NCBI GenBank assembly: GCA_964291265.2
Contig: OZ219747.1
Span: forward strand, 2,848,001-2,912,000
Source: Alphaproteobacteria bacterium
GTDB lineage: Bacteria > Pseudomonadota > Alphaproteobacteria > SP197
Direction: 5' to 3'
DNA length: 64,000 nucleotides
Position 1 is the stretch's first letter. The number at the start of each line of letters is the position of its first letter. Shown in pieces: positions 54,752 through 64,000 of the stretch. The notes under the pieces are model-generated. The model was not told the DNA's origin and did no database searches. It worked only from the letters and a program-made list of their open reading frames with translations. Made by a program: the position numbers and the translations under genes.

Positions 54752-55989
54752 GACGTGGCCTCCGCAGCTTCAGGACCCGCCCGCACCGTGGCGAGCAGGT
54801 GCGTCGGCTCCACCGTGAAGTCGAGTTCCGGATGTCCGGCTTCGCGCAACAGGCGCTGTGCGGTCGGTATCCCGACGCCGAATTTCTGCACATAGCCCAG
54901 CACCCTCATTGACTCGGCCAGATTCGGATTGCGGTAGTCTGTCACGCCTGGGCGGGCGAAGTTCGCCCTCGTGACCGACCCGAAGGGTCCTCCGGGATTC
55001 TGGATTTCGATCCTGTCGTCGAACCAGGTAACGCGCACGGGAGCGTTCGTCGTTTCGTAATCGCGGTGAATGACCGCGTTCCGTGCGAGTTCCCGCAAGG
55101 CAGCCATGGGGTAGCTGTCTACACGGCGTTCGATGTTCCGAGTGACGATGTCGACCCGGCGGAGGTTGTGCAGCTGAAGTTTGTCGTCGAGGCGCGACAG
55201 CATTTCTGAAACCGTGCCGACGATCATTCTCTCGTCAATGACCGGGTCCGAAAAGCCACGCCCCCCGACGCGCAGGAACTGTATGTACCCGCCCGGAACA
55301 TAGTCGAGTGGCCGCGTTCCGAGCACCAGCAAACCGAGAATCGTGGCCCGCCTGTCGTCGACGGAAGCGATCATCTTGGCCGCGGCCAGGCGCTCATCCA
55401 GACTTCGATCGTTGGCCAGCAGGAGTTCCCGGTCGACCGCATGGGGCAGATATTCGTCCTCGAACTGCCGTCGATTGAGATCGGCAATGCCGGTGCCCGG
55501 CACCGGCGAAACATCGAAAGGCCGGTCTCCATGGCGACGCCTCTCGTTCAGTATCCGCTCTTCCTGGGCCGTCGCCACAGCCCGGCGCGGACCGCTGCGT
55601 ATGTGGATTGCACCCTGGCAGCGCACCGGAGGCGAGTCGGAGGGCAGGACGGTCACGACGGCAATGTCGTGGCCTCGATACCTGCGCCTCTCGGACAGGA
55701 TTGCCGGCGGCGGCACGATGTTCCCGTCGCTGCGCATGTCGGCCAACGCGCGCAGCATCTCGTCGGTGACGAGGGTGCCGGCCGGGACGCCGTCGTCCCG
55801 CAGCCCGACAACGACGATGCCCGGGCGGCCCGAACCGGGGAGATCGTTGGCGAATGCGCACATTGCTTCCCGAAGCCGCGTCGGTGCATTGCCCCCCAGG
55901 GTTTCCTTGAATTCGACTCGCGCACCTTCCCCACATTCGATCATGCGCGCCAACTCGTCATCATCCAGTATCAGGGTTCTGTCGTTCAT
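54733..55989 (-). CDS. AlbA_2 (Schlafen-like) + HATPase_c_4 (RecG-C-like) protein
   Basis: GEGARVEFKE, MCAFANDL..G.IVVG, YPMAALRELARNAVIHRDY, IEIQNPGG, YRNPNLA, VQKFGVGI; no C-terminal wHTH. Confidence 0.88.
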   Translation of the reverse strand: MNDRTLILDDDELARMIECGEGARVEFKETLGGNAPTRLREAMCAFANDLPGSGRPGIVVVGLRDDGVPAGTLVTDEMLRALADMRSDGNIVPPPAILSERRRYRGHDIAVVTVLPSDSPPVRCQGAIHIRSGPRRAVATAQEERILNERRRHGDRPFDVSPVPGTGIADLNRRQFEDEYLPHAVDRELLLANDRSLDERLAAAKMIASVDDRRATILGLLVLGTRPLDYVPGGYIQFLRVGGRGFSDPVIDERMIVGTVSEMLSRLDDKLQLHNLRRVDIVTRNIERRVDSYPMAALRELARNAVIHRDYETTNAPVRVTWFDDRIEIQNPGGPFGSVTRANFARPGVTDYRNPNLAESMRVLGYVQKFGVGIPTAQRLLREAGHPELDFTVEPTHLLATVRAGPEAAEATSWLRPS

Positions 55990-56420
55990 GGCTCCGCCTC
56001 GACGTTTCGCCTGATCGTCGACACGAAGGTCGCCCATGAAACCTTCGCGATGCCGCGCGCCGGTCCGAAAATTCGCCACGGGTCGCAGACACAAGGCGGA
56101 CGGTGGATGAAGCCGTCGTCGACAGGCGCGGTGGCAATAATGAAGGGTTCTTCCGCATTGAACGCCGCCAACATTTCGTTCCGCGTGATCGTGGTGGCCC
56201 CTGCGTCCGCGCACCGACCCTTGAACCTGATGAAGCGAAAGCTGCCGGTTCCGGGGTCGCGGCATTCGGTGTCGTCTCGTTGCTCCGGTTCTCCGACGCA
56301 ATGTCGCACGGCTCGCATCCGAGGCTGCGCTCCCTCCATGACAGCCTCCATTGCCTTGGCCTTGATCGCGGCGCGGGCGTGGGCGTCCGGCGTTTCCTCC
56401 ACCCGTTCGCAGACCGTTCA
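55986..56420 (-). pseudogene. C-terminal DUF3883 relic of a probable SNF2 helicase gene
   Basis: IKAKAMEAVME..., CRDPGTGSFRFIRFKGR...TTITRNEMLAAFN; cut upstream by IS630 relic; stop overlaps the AlbA ATG. Confidence 0.72.
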
Positions 56421-56433
56421 CCCTATCAATCTA

Positions 56434-56903
56434 ATACCAGCAGGCACGGTTTAGAAGCCATTGGCCCATTTTCCTGCCCCGATGGAGGCGATGCGTGCTG
56501 GTTGTGAGACGAGACTGTTCCAGGCATGTCAGCGGTGATCGAGTATGTCGTCGCAGCTTTTGAAGACGCGGTTCGAGAGCCAGTTGCCGCGCATGAACTG
56601 CCAGGCGTTTTCGACGGCACTGAGCTCGGGGAACCCGGGCGGGAGCGGCATCAGGGTCATGCTGTCGGAGACCTTGATGGCCGGGGATGTGTGCCATCCG
56701 GGGGTCATACAAGGACGGCATGGGCGACGGTTCTGCGTCCATCCCGGCCCCGCTGCGCCAAACCGCGCAACTGCGCCGCATCAAAATCCTCCCTCAAGGG
56801 GATTGCTGCCCACACAACGACCCTCCAATCGCAGAATCCTTGAGTTAGAAGTCGATAACCTTGGGAGTCCCCTCAATGAGGCTCAAACCTCAACCGCTGG
56901 TGC
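56434..56903 (-). mobile_element. Internally deleted IS630-family element (about 470 bp)
   Basis: N-terminal AIPLREDFDAAQLRGLA joined to C-terminal AHAVLV..GWH...LPPGFPELSAVENAWQFMRGNWLSNRVF; imperfect IRs ACCAGC...GGTTT; TA at 56432-56433. Confidence 0.75.
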
Positions 56904-56995
56904 AACACGCTCAGATTCCGGATTGACTGCGCACCCCCTGATCAGGCAGGCCACTGGCGTGCGTCCTGTGGGCCACGTTTCCAGCGGTCTACCCG

Positions 56996-57640
56996 ACCAT
57001 CATCACGCGCTGCAGGAGCGTCCTGATCCACGACTGCCGGGATGGGCTGTGACCAGTGACGACACAAGCTGTGCGGCAGCCGCCTGCCGCGCGAGACGGC
57101 CTTCGTCGTCGACGCCAACGGTTACCGCTGGGTGCGACTGACAAGGAGCCTGCTGAGCGAGGTCTGCCACGGGGTCAACAGGAGCGCATCCAGGACCCTG
57201 GACGAGACCGACCGCCGGGCCGTGCGCAAGCGGTACCGCACCATCCTGACCCAGGGCGCCAGGGAACTGCCCGGAATCCCGGCGCGGACGACAGGGCAGC
57301 GGGACGCATGGCAGGGTCTGGTGCGCTGAACCTGCACGAACGCCTCGTGACCCACGGGAAATCCGTCCGGCGCTTCACGGACAACCAGGACGTCAGCTTC
57401 GCCAACAAGCCGGGGAACGGAAGATCAGGATGGCAAGGGTCAGGATCAAGGTGTCCGGGTGCTTCCGCGCCAGGCGCCACGCAGATGCATGGCGCCGGGA
57501 CTCGAGCGGCCTGATCTCCTTGGCGGCATCCGGCTGCAACCCTCTCGTCTCAATTCACATCACGCCTGCCGGAATGGCCGCAGGCATGCTGAGGTTGCAC
57601 GACGACCAGTCAGACCCCGGCAAGGGGTGAGCGATTGCCC
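56996..57640 (+). mobile_element. IS66-family transposase C-terminal relic
   Basis: VLIHDC...HKLCGS...FVVDANGYRW; RKRYRTILTQG; NLHERL; RMARVRIKVSGCFR...NPLVSI; multiple frameshifts. Confidence 0.75.
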
Positions 57641-57813
57641 TCCTGCCTGCCATGGAGCACTCCCTGCCTGTCGCAGTGCGAGGCGCCTGTCGCAGCAGCC
57701 GGGCGCCTTGCGGCACCCTTGACATCGATTGCCCCACCTTCCTCTTGGTCCGCGGGCGAGGCTGGAGGTTGACACGGCCGTTGGCGGGCCCGATAGTCTG
57801 CGGAGCCGCTGAA

Positions 57814-57990
57814 ACCTGCGGGAGAGACCGGTCCCGAGACCGGCGCCGAAGGTGCAATCAGTCCCGAAATCTCTCAGGCAAAGGGACCGCAGGTGAATGG
57901 CTGCTCTGGAGAGAAGAAGGCGCTGATGCGTCTTCTCACCGAAGGGGAAAGCCGGTGTTCCGGTGATGCTCTCAGGTTCGGTGACAGAGG
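57814..57990 (+). ncRNA. Tandem glycine riboswitch (aptamers about 57814-57894 and 57904-57990)
   Basis: Two GGAGAG...CCGAAGG...CTCTCAGG units directly upstream of gcvT. Confidence 0.93.
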
Positions 57991-58041
57991 GGGCAGGTGG
58001 GGCGTGCGCACGCCTCCTTGGCAACGATCGGGACAGCTTCG

Positions 58042-59169
58042 GTGACCCCTGAAGACACTCTCCTCGAGACTCCCCTTGGCGCCCTTCACCGGGAGCTGGG
58101 TGCGCGCATGGTGCCCTTTGCCGGCCATGCCATGCCGCTGCAGTACGGGGCCGGAATTCTTGCCGAACACCGCCATACGCGCGAGCTTGCCAGCCTCTTC
58201 GATGTCTCCCACATGGGCCAGGTCCGCCTTTCCGCCAGGCCGCGGGCGTCCATGGAGAGCGTGGCTCGCGCCCTCGAGCGCCTGGTGGCAGCCGACATCG
58301 TCGGCCTCGCTCCGGGAAGACAGCGCTATACCCAGTTCACCAACGGCGCCGGGGGCATACTTGACGACCTGATGGTGACCTCCCTCGGTGATCACCTGTG
58401 GCTGGTGGTGAACGCGGCCCGCAAGCACGACGACATCGAGCGCCTGAACGTGCTGATTGGCGAGGAGTGCGATATCGAGATTCTCGAGACAAGGGCCCTG
58501 ATCGCCCTCCAGGGGCCGGCAGCCGTGGCTGCTTTCGCCCGCCTGATCCCGCCGGCGGACAGTCTCTCCTTCATGCAGGCGGCGCTGTGGACGCTCGAGG
58601 GCGAGACACTCATGGTCAGCCGATCCGGCTACACCGGAGAAGACGGCGTGGAGGTGTCGGTCCCATCCCGCGGCGTTGAATCCCTGGCGCGGCGTCTTCT
58701 CGCCGGGGACGATGTCGAGCCGGCCGGTCTGGGCGCGCGGGACAGCCTGCGCCTCGAAGCCGGTCTCTGCCTTCACGGTCATGACATCGATTCCACGACG
58801 ACTCCCGTGGAGGCCGGACTCGCCTGGTCCATCCATGAGCGGCGGCGTCTCGAGGGCGGTTTCCCGGGAGCCGACGTGATCGTCTCGCAACTGCGTGACG
58901 GCCCGCCGAGGCGCCGGGTCGGGCTGGTTGCGCATGGCAGGGCGCCGGTGAGGGAAGGGGCGGTCATCCGCTCCCTTTCGGGGGCGCCTCTCGGGGCCGT
59001 GACGAGCGGCGCCTTCGGTCCGACGGCGCAGGGGCCGGTCGCCATGGGATACGTGGCGAGCGATGCGGCCGCAACAGGAACAGTGGTCGAGATCGAGAGA
59101 CGGAATTCATGGGTGGAGGCCGAGATCCGGCCGCTGCCGTTCGTGCCACACCGCTATCACCGGTCATGA
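58042..59169 (+). CDS. gcvT: Glycine cleavage aminomethyltransferase T
   Basis: MVPFAG, LFDVSHMGQ, RSGYTGEDG, GLGARDSLRLEAG. Confidence 0.96.
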   Translation: MTPEDTLLETPLGALHRELGARMVPFAGHAMPLQYGAGILAEHRHTRELASLFDVSHMGQVRLSARPRASMESVARALERLVAADIVGLAPGRQRYTQFTNGAGGILDDLMVTSLGDHLWLVVNAARKHDDIERLNVLIGEECDIEILETRALIALQGPAAVAAFARLIPPADSLSFMQAALWTLEGETLMVSRSGYTGEDGVEVSVPSRGVESLARRLLAGDDVEPAGLGARDSLRLEAGLCLHGHDIDSTTTPVEAGLAWSIHERRRLEGGFPGADVIVSQLRDGPPRRRVGLVAHGRAPVREGAVIRSLSGAPLGAVTSGAFGPTAQGPVAMGYVASDAAATGTVVEIERRNSWVEAEIRPLPFVPHRYHRS

Positions 59170-59197
59170 CATCGGTAACGTGAGGGGAGAAGATACC

Positions 59198-59575
59198 ATG
59201 GGGAACAGGCTCTACAGCCGGGAACACGAGTGGATCGATGTCGATGATGGCATCGGCACCGTGGGCATCTCCGATTATGCCCAGGAACAGCTCGGCGATG
59301 TCGTCTTCGTGGAGTTGCCGGAATCGGGGCGCGAGGTGGCACGCCATGACGAACTGTGCGTCGTCGAATCGGTCAAGGCGGCCAGCGAAATCTATGCTCC
59401 CGTTTCCGGAGAGGTCATCGAGGTCAACGAGGCGCTCGGCGACGACCCGGCGGAGGTCAATGCCGATCCCTACGGTTCGGGCTGGTTTGTGCGGATCCGG
59501 CTCGCGGACGACGGACAACTCGACGACCTGATGGACGAGGGCGCCTACGCAGACTATCTCTCGGGGCTCGGCTGA
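59198..59575 (+). CDS. gcvH: Glycine cleavage H protein
   Basis: [16 protein letters not shown], lipoyl site VESVKAAS. Confidence 0.97.
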   Translation: MGNRLYSREHEWIDVDDGIGTVGISDYAQEQLGDVVFVELPESGREVARHDELCVVESVKAASEIYAPVSGEVIEVNEALGDDPAEVNADPYGSGWFVRIRLADDGQLDDLMDEGAYADYLSGLG

Positions 59576-60918
59576 TGCGCTATCTGCCCCTGACGGATAC
59601 CGACCGCGCTGCCATGCTCGATGTGGTCGGAGCCGGCAGCATCGAAGACCTCTACGGTGATGTTCCAAGGGAGGCGTGGTGCGAGAAACTTCTCGACCTG
59701 CCCCTCCACCAGGGCGAAATGGAAGTCGAGAGGGCGCTCTCCGCCATGGCGGAGAGGAACGTGCACGGCGGCAATGCACCGTTCTTTCTCGGCTGTGGCG
59801 CCTATCGTCACCATGTGCCGGCGGCCGTGGACTCCCTCATCCAGAGGGGCGAGTTCCTCACCTCCTACACGCCCTATCAGCCGGAGATCTCTCAGGGCAC
59901 CCTGCAGATGCTCTTCGAGTTCCAGACCATGGTGGCCATGCTGACGGGCATGGAGGTCGCCAATGCCTCGATGTATGACGGCGCCTCGGCGGCAGCGGAA
60001 GCGGTCCTCATGGCAGGCCGTGTGACAAGACGGCGGCGGGCTGTTGTGTCGGGCGGGCTTCATCCCCACTACCGCGATACCGTTGCCACCTACGTGCGCC
60101 ATGCCGACCTTGATGTCGTGACGCTGCCAATGGCCCTCGATGAGACGGACCTCGAGGCCCGGATCGATGGCTCGACGGCCTGTGTCGTCGTGCAGACGCC
60201 CGATGTCTTCGGTCGTCTCCATGACTTCTCGGCGCTGGCGCAAGCCTGCCACGAGGAGGGCGCGCTTCTGATTGTCGCCGTGAGCGAAGTGGTATCGCTC
60301 GGCCTTCTCACCCCGCCGGGCGACATGGGGGCCGACATCGTCGTCTGCGAGGGTCAGTCGCTGGGCAACTCCCTGGGATTCGGCGGGCCCTACGTCGGTC
60401 TCTTTGCCACCAGGAAACGCCATGTCCGCCAGATGCCGGGGCGGCTTGTCGGCGAGACCGTGGATGCCGAAGGACGCAGGGGCTGGGTTCTCACCCTGTC
60501 GACACGCGAGCAGCACATCCGGCGCGAGAAGGCAACAAGCAACATCTGCACCAACTCGGGCCTGTGTGCCCTTGCCTTCACCATCCATCTTGCGCTGCTC
60601 GGGGAGAGCGGCCTTGTCCGGCTGGCCGCCCTCAACCACGAGGCGGCACAGCGGACCATGGAACGACTCGTGTCCATCGAGGGGGTTTCAACGCCCAACG
60701 ATGGATTCTTCAACGAGTTCACGCTTGAACTCCCCCGGTCTGCCGCGGATGTCGTCGACCAGCTCGCCGAACGAGGCATCCTGGGCGGTGTACCGGTGTC
60801 GCGATTCGAGCCGGAGAACGACGAACTCGCGAACCTGGTGCTGGTGGCCGCAACGGAAATGACGACGGCGGGAGACATGGACACCCTCGCCGGCGCATTG
60901 CAGGAGATCCTGTCATGA
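59575..60918 (+). CDS. gcvPA: Glycine dehydrogenase subunit 1
   Basis: [35 protein letters not shown]. Confidence 0.97.
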   Translation: MRYLPLTDTDRAAMLDVVGAGSIEDLYGDVPREAWCEKLLDLPLHQGEMEVERALSAMAERNVHGGNAPFFLGCGAYRHHVPAAVDSLIQRGEFLTSYTPYQPEISQGTLQMLFEFQTMVAMLTGMEVANASMYDGASAAAEAVLMAGRVTRRRRAVVSGGLHPHYRDTVATYVRHADLDVVTLPMALDETDLEARIDGSTACVVVQTPDVFGRLHDFSALAQACHEEGALLIVAVSEVVSLGLLTPPGDMGADIVVCEGQSLGNSLGFGGPYVGLFATRKRHVRQMPGRLVGETVDAEGRRGWVLTLSTREQHIRREKATSNICTNSGLCALAFTIHLALLGESGLVRLAALNHEAAQRTMERLVSIEGVSTPNDGFFNEFTLELPRSAADVVDQLAERGILGGVPVSRFEPENDELANLVLVAATEMTTAGDMDTLAGALQEILS

Positions 60919-62402
60919 ACGACACGACATCGGGTGGCCATCGCGGCCTTGTCATGGACGAGCCGCTTGTGTTCGAACTCGACGGCGGCGGGCGCAGCGG
61001 AGTCGATCTTCCTGAACCGGAAGGAAGAACACCGAAGCTGGGCGGCGTCAGACAACGCCAGGCCATCGGCCTGCCGGGAGTCTCGGAGCCCGAAGTGGTA
61101 CGCCACTTCACGCGGTTGTCGCAGAAGAACTACGCGATCGATGCGGGGCTCTACCCGCTGGGATCGTGTACCATGAAGCACAATCCCCGGCTCAACGAGA
61201 AGGTCGTCAGACTGCCGGGATTTGCCATGGCGCACCCCCTGCAACCACCGGCGACGGCACAGGGTTGCCTGGAACTCATCGCCACGCTTGCGCACTGGCT
61301 CACAACTCTCACCGGCATGGCGGGCGTGGTCATGACCCCCGCGGCCGGTGCGCACGGCGAGTTCGCCGGTCTGATGTGCATTCGCGCCGCTCTCACTTCC
61401 AGGGGTGATGCACGACGCAGGATCCTGGTTCCCGAATCGGCCCACGGCACCAACCCGGCGACGGCAGCCCTCTGCGACTACGGGGTCGATACCGTGCCCT
61501 GCGACTCGAGAGGGCGCGTCGACCTGGCAGCCTTCGAGAGCGCCCTGGACGACGATGTTGCCGCTCTCATGCTGACCAACCCGAACACCTGCGGGCTCTT
61601 CGAGACCGACATCATGACGATTGCCGACATGCTGCACTCTGCCGGAGCCTTTCTCTATGCCGATGGCGCCAATTTCAATGCCATCGTCGGCCGGGTGAGG
61701 CCGGGAGACCTCGGCGTTGACGCGATGCACATCAATCTGCACAAGACCTTCTCAACGCCCCATGGCGGCGGTGGTCCGGGAAGTGGACCGGTGGTTCTCT
61801 GCGAGGAACTGCTACCCTTTGCGCCCTTGCCACGTATCGAGGCCGATGGCGATGACTGGCGGCTCGTCGAGCACGACGGCGACGGGCTGGCCTTCGGCCG
61901 CCTGCGCAGTTTCCATGGGCAGATGGGCATGTTCGTACGGGCACTTGCCTACATGATGAGTCACGGCGCCGACGGGTTGCGCCAGGTGGCCGAGGATGCC
62001 GTGCTCAATGCCAACTATGTGCTGGCGCGTCTTTCCCGCGCCTACAATGCGCCGTTTCCGGGACCGTGCATGCACGAGTGCCTTTTTGATGATCGAAACC
62101 TGCAGGACACCGGAATCTCCACTCTCGATATCGCCAAGGCGATGATCGATGAGGGATACCATCCCATGACCATGTACTTTCCGCTCATCGTCCATGGCGC
62201 CATGCTCATCGAGCCAACGGAGACCGAAAGCCGTCAGAGCGTTGACCGGTTCTGCGATGTCATGGTGCATCTGGCGGACGAAGCGAGGAAAGGAAACCGG
62301 GACCTCTTCCACCACGCACCGCGGCTCGCTCCCTGGAAGCGGCTCGACGAGACGGCTGCTGCCCGCCGTCCCGTCCTGACATGGGAGCCTGCCACAGCCT
62401 GA
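60915..62402 (+). CDS. gcvPB: Glycine dehydrogenase subunit 2
   Basis: [23 protein letters not shown] site [16 protein letters not shown]. Confidence 0.97.
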   Translation: MNDTTSGGHRGLVMDEPLVFELDGGGRSGVDLPEPEGRTPKLGGVRQRQAIGLPGVSEPEVVRHFTRLSQKNYAIDAGLYPLGSCTMKHNPRLNEKVVRLPGFAMAHPLQPPATAQGCLELIATLAHWLTTLTGMAGVVMTPAAGAHGEFAGLMCIRAALTSRGDARRRILVPESAHGTNPATAALCDYGVDTVPCDSRGRVDLAAFESALDDDVAALMLTNPNTCGLFETDIMTIADMLHSAGAFLYADGANFNAIVGRVRPGDLGVDAMHINLHKTFSTPHGGGGPGSGPVVLCEELLPFAPLPRIEADGDDWRLVEHDGDGLAFGRLRSFHGQMGMFVRALAYMMSHGADGLRQVAEDAVLNANYVLARLSRAYNAPFPGPCMHECLFDDRNLQDTGISTLDIAKAMIDEGYHPMTMYFPLIVHGAMLIEPTETESRQSVDRFCDVMVHLADEARKGNRDLFHHAPRLAPWKRLDETAAARRPVLTWEPATA

Positions 62403-62484
62403 CGACACGATACAAGGGAATGGTGCCCGCTCAGACGTCGCGCGTCCGTCGGGCGCACCTCATGAAGGAGGGAATGCCGCCTGC

Positions 62485-62976
62485 TCAGGCGAGGCGCTGG
62501 TCGAGTTCGTCGATGGCATCGTCCACGAGACGTGCCTGTTCTCTGTCGTCAAGCCGCGTGTGGATGAGACTCGCGGTGGCGCCAAGAGCGAGGTCGACCG
62601 CAGCTTCGCGGACCTGGTTGACGGCTTCGGCTTCGGCCTGACGGATTCTCTCCTGTGCCGCCTGGCGTCGCTGGGCCAGTCGCGCCTCGAGTTCGCGGGA
62701 TGCGTTGCGTTTCAGGATTTCCGCCTGCTCGTGCGCCCGCGCCATGATGTCGGCGATCTCGGCCTCGGCATCGCGATGCTTGCGCCGATAGGAGGAGAGC
62801 AGCTCCTTGGCCTCATCGTTCAGCGCGTTCGCTTCATCAAGCCTCCTTGCGATCTCGCCGCTGCGCCTGTCGAGTGCGGAGATGATCATGGAGAACAGCG
62901 GCCTGGCGGCAATGGCAACGGCGATCACGAAGGCAACCGCCACCCAGAACGCGGGATCATCGAAGAGGTGTTCCAT
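62485..62976 (-). CDS. atpF: F0 ATP synthase subunit b
   Basis: N-terminal TM (FWVAVAF) + coiled coil; last gene of the F0 cluster. Confidence 0.92.
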   Translation of the reverse strand: MEHLFDDPAFWVAVAFVIAVAIAARPLFSMIISALDRRSGEIARRLDEANALNDEAKELLSSYRRKHRDAEAEIADIMARAHEQAEILKRNASRELEARLAQRRQAAQERIRQAEAEAVNQVREAAVDLALGATASLIHTRLDDREQARLVDDAIDELDQRLA

Positions 62977-62978
62977 GA

Positions 62979-63464
62979 TCAGTTCTCCCGGACCGCCGCC
63001 AACGCCTTCAACGCGTCTTCGTCACTGACCTCGGCGCCGGTCAGCCGACGGGTTGCCAGGCGCGCCGCTTCCACCGCCACTCCCTCGAGGTTGGCGAGAG
63101 CCGCGGTCCTGGCCTCGTCGATGGTGCATTGGGCCTTCCCGAGTTCACGCCCGATCTCGCGATCGAGCTCCTCAAGCTGCCGTTCCCCATCCTCGCCAGC
63201 CTGCTGGACCGCCTCGCCGATGATGGAGCGTGCTCTCTCGCGGGCCTCCTCGAGGGAAGCTTCGTACTCAAGGCGCGCCCGTTCGGCTTCGGCTCTCGCA
63301 CGCTCGGCGCCGTCAAGATCCCGTTCGATGCTGTGTTTGCGGTCGGTCAGGACACGGCCTATCCGTGGCAACGCGACAAACGCCATGACGACGTAGAGGA
63401 ACACGAAGCAGACCGCGAGCCAGAAGAACTGCGGCAGGAAGTGCCAGAATTCCAGCTGTGGCAT
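62979..63464 (-). CDS. F0 ATP synthase subunit b'
   Basis: MPQL...QFFWL...ALPRI; lies between atpE and atpF. Confidence 0.92.
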   Translation of the reverse strand: MPQLEFWHFLPQFFWLAVCFVFLYVVMAFVALPRIGRVLTDRKHSIERDLDGAERARAEAERARLEYEASLEEARERARSIIGEAVQQAGEDGERQLEELDREIGRELGKAQCTIDEARTAALANLEGVAVEAARLATRRLTGAEVSDEDALKALAAVREN

Positions 63465-63496
63465 GGATCGTGCTCTTCCGGGTCAGACGCGGATGG

Positions 63497-63727
63497 TCAG
63501 AATACGAAGAGAAGAAGAAGGGCGATGAGCAGGGCGTAGAGCGCCACGGCCTCGACGAGGGCGAAGCCGATCCACATGAAACCCTGGACATTGCCGGCTG
63601 CCGCGGGGTTGCGTCCCACGGAGGAGATCATCGAGGCGAAGATGTTGCCGATACCGGCTCCGACGCCGCCCAGTCCGATCACCGCAAGGCCGGCGCCAAT
63701 GAGCTTCGCAGCTTCTGCATCCATCAT
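63497..63727 (-). CDS. atpE: F0 ATP synthase subunit c
   Basis: GxGxG motif, RNP loop, FALVEA. Confidence 0.97.
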   Translation of the reverse strand: MMDAEAAKLIGAGLAVIGLGGVGAGIGNIFASMISSVGRNPAAAGNVQGFMWIGFALVEAVALYALLIALLLLFVF

Positions 63728-63778
63728 GAAAGGTCCTTTCCAGTTCGAGGAGGAATTGCCTGGACGGGGAGAAATCCG

Positions 63779-64000
63779 TCAGTGCATGTGAATCGCGTCG
63801 TGCAGGTAGATACAGCTCAGCACGGCAAAGACATAGGCCTGCAGGAACGCAATGGCGAATTCGAGAAGGGTGAGCCCGATCACTGCCGCCATGGGGATGG
63901 CGCCGGGGAGGATCCACAGGGCCCCGAGCGGCGCCACGAAGCCGGCGAACACCTTCAGCATGGTGTGGCCTGCCGTCAGGTTGGCAAAGAGGCGCAGACC
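63779..64000 (-). CDS. atpB: F0 ATP synthase subunit a (3' part only)
   Basis: LRLFANLTAGH, LEFAIAFLQAYVF. Confidence 0.95.
   Translation of the reverse strand, partial: GLRLFANLTAGHTMLKVFAGFVAPLGALWILPGAIPMAAVIGLTLLEFAIAFLQAYVFAVLSCIYLHDAIHMH

Noticed and set aside
62485-64000. F0 genes without F1 genes, and two b subunits
   Set aside because: Normal alphaproteobacterial arrangement

Overview
GC-rich (roughly 65% by eye) alphaproteobacterial chromosome segment, probably Rhodospirillales-like. The lifestyle is plausibly marine or host-associated, which is an inference from gene content. 1-33 kb is an accessory catabolic region for amines, choline-O-sulfate and polyamines: GGT, two choline-sulfatase paralogues (one inactivated), a DadA/PuuB-like oxidoreductase, a redoxin/cytochrome c/Cu-monooxygenase fusion with a divergent TetR, agmatinase, CocE, an orphan PotD, BetI-like + TMADH-like + MBL genes, a Tat amine oxidase, SLC13, MFS and a DMSP-lyase-like cupin. 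This region is interrupted by an ISAs1 element with a DUF4338-fused transposase (10-bp TSD), next to a HEPN gene and a Vsr relic. 34-49.6 kb is the conserved core block yebC-ruvCAB-ybgC-tolQRAB-pal-cpoB-tilS-ftsH-folP-glmM followed by phzF-like (frameshifted) and cobB. 49.7-57.6 kb is a mobile-element graveyard: TnpB relic, aguA pseudogene, an intact ISKra4/ISLre2-like IS (8-bp TSD), an internally deleted IS630 and an IS66 relic. Inside it lies a decayed DUF3883-helicase/DUF1156 defence-type operon in which only an embedded AlbA_2(Schlafen-like)-HATPase + ParA-like gene pair remains intact; this is the best candidate for an undescribed system. The window ends with a tandem glycine riboswitch, gcvT-H-PA-PB and the F0 ATP synthase genes. 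No rRNA, tRNA or CRISPR array was seen. All family calls come from motif recognition by eye, not from database searches.
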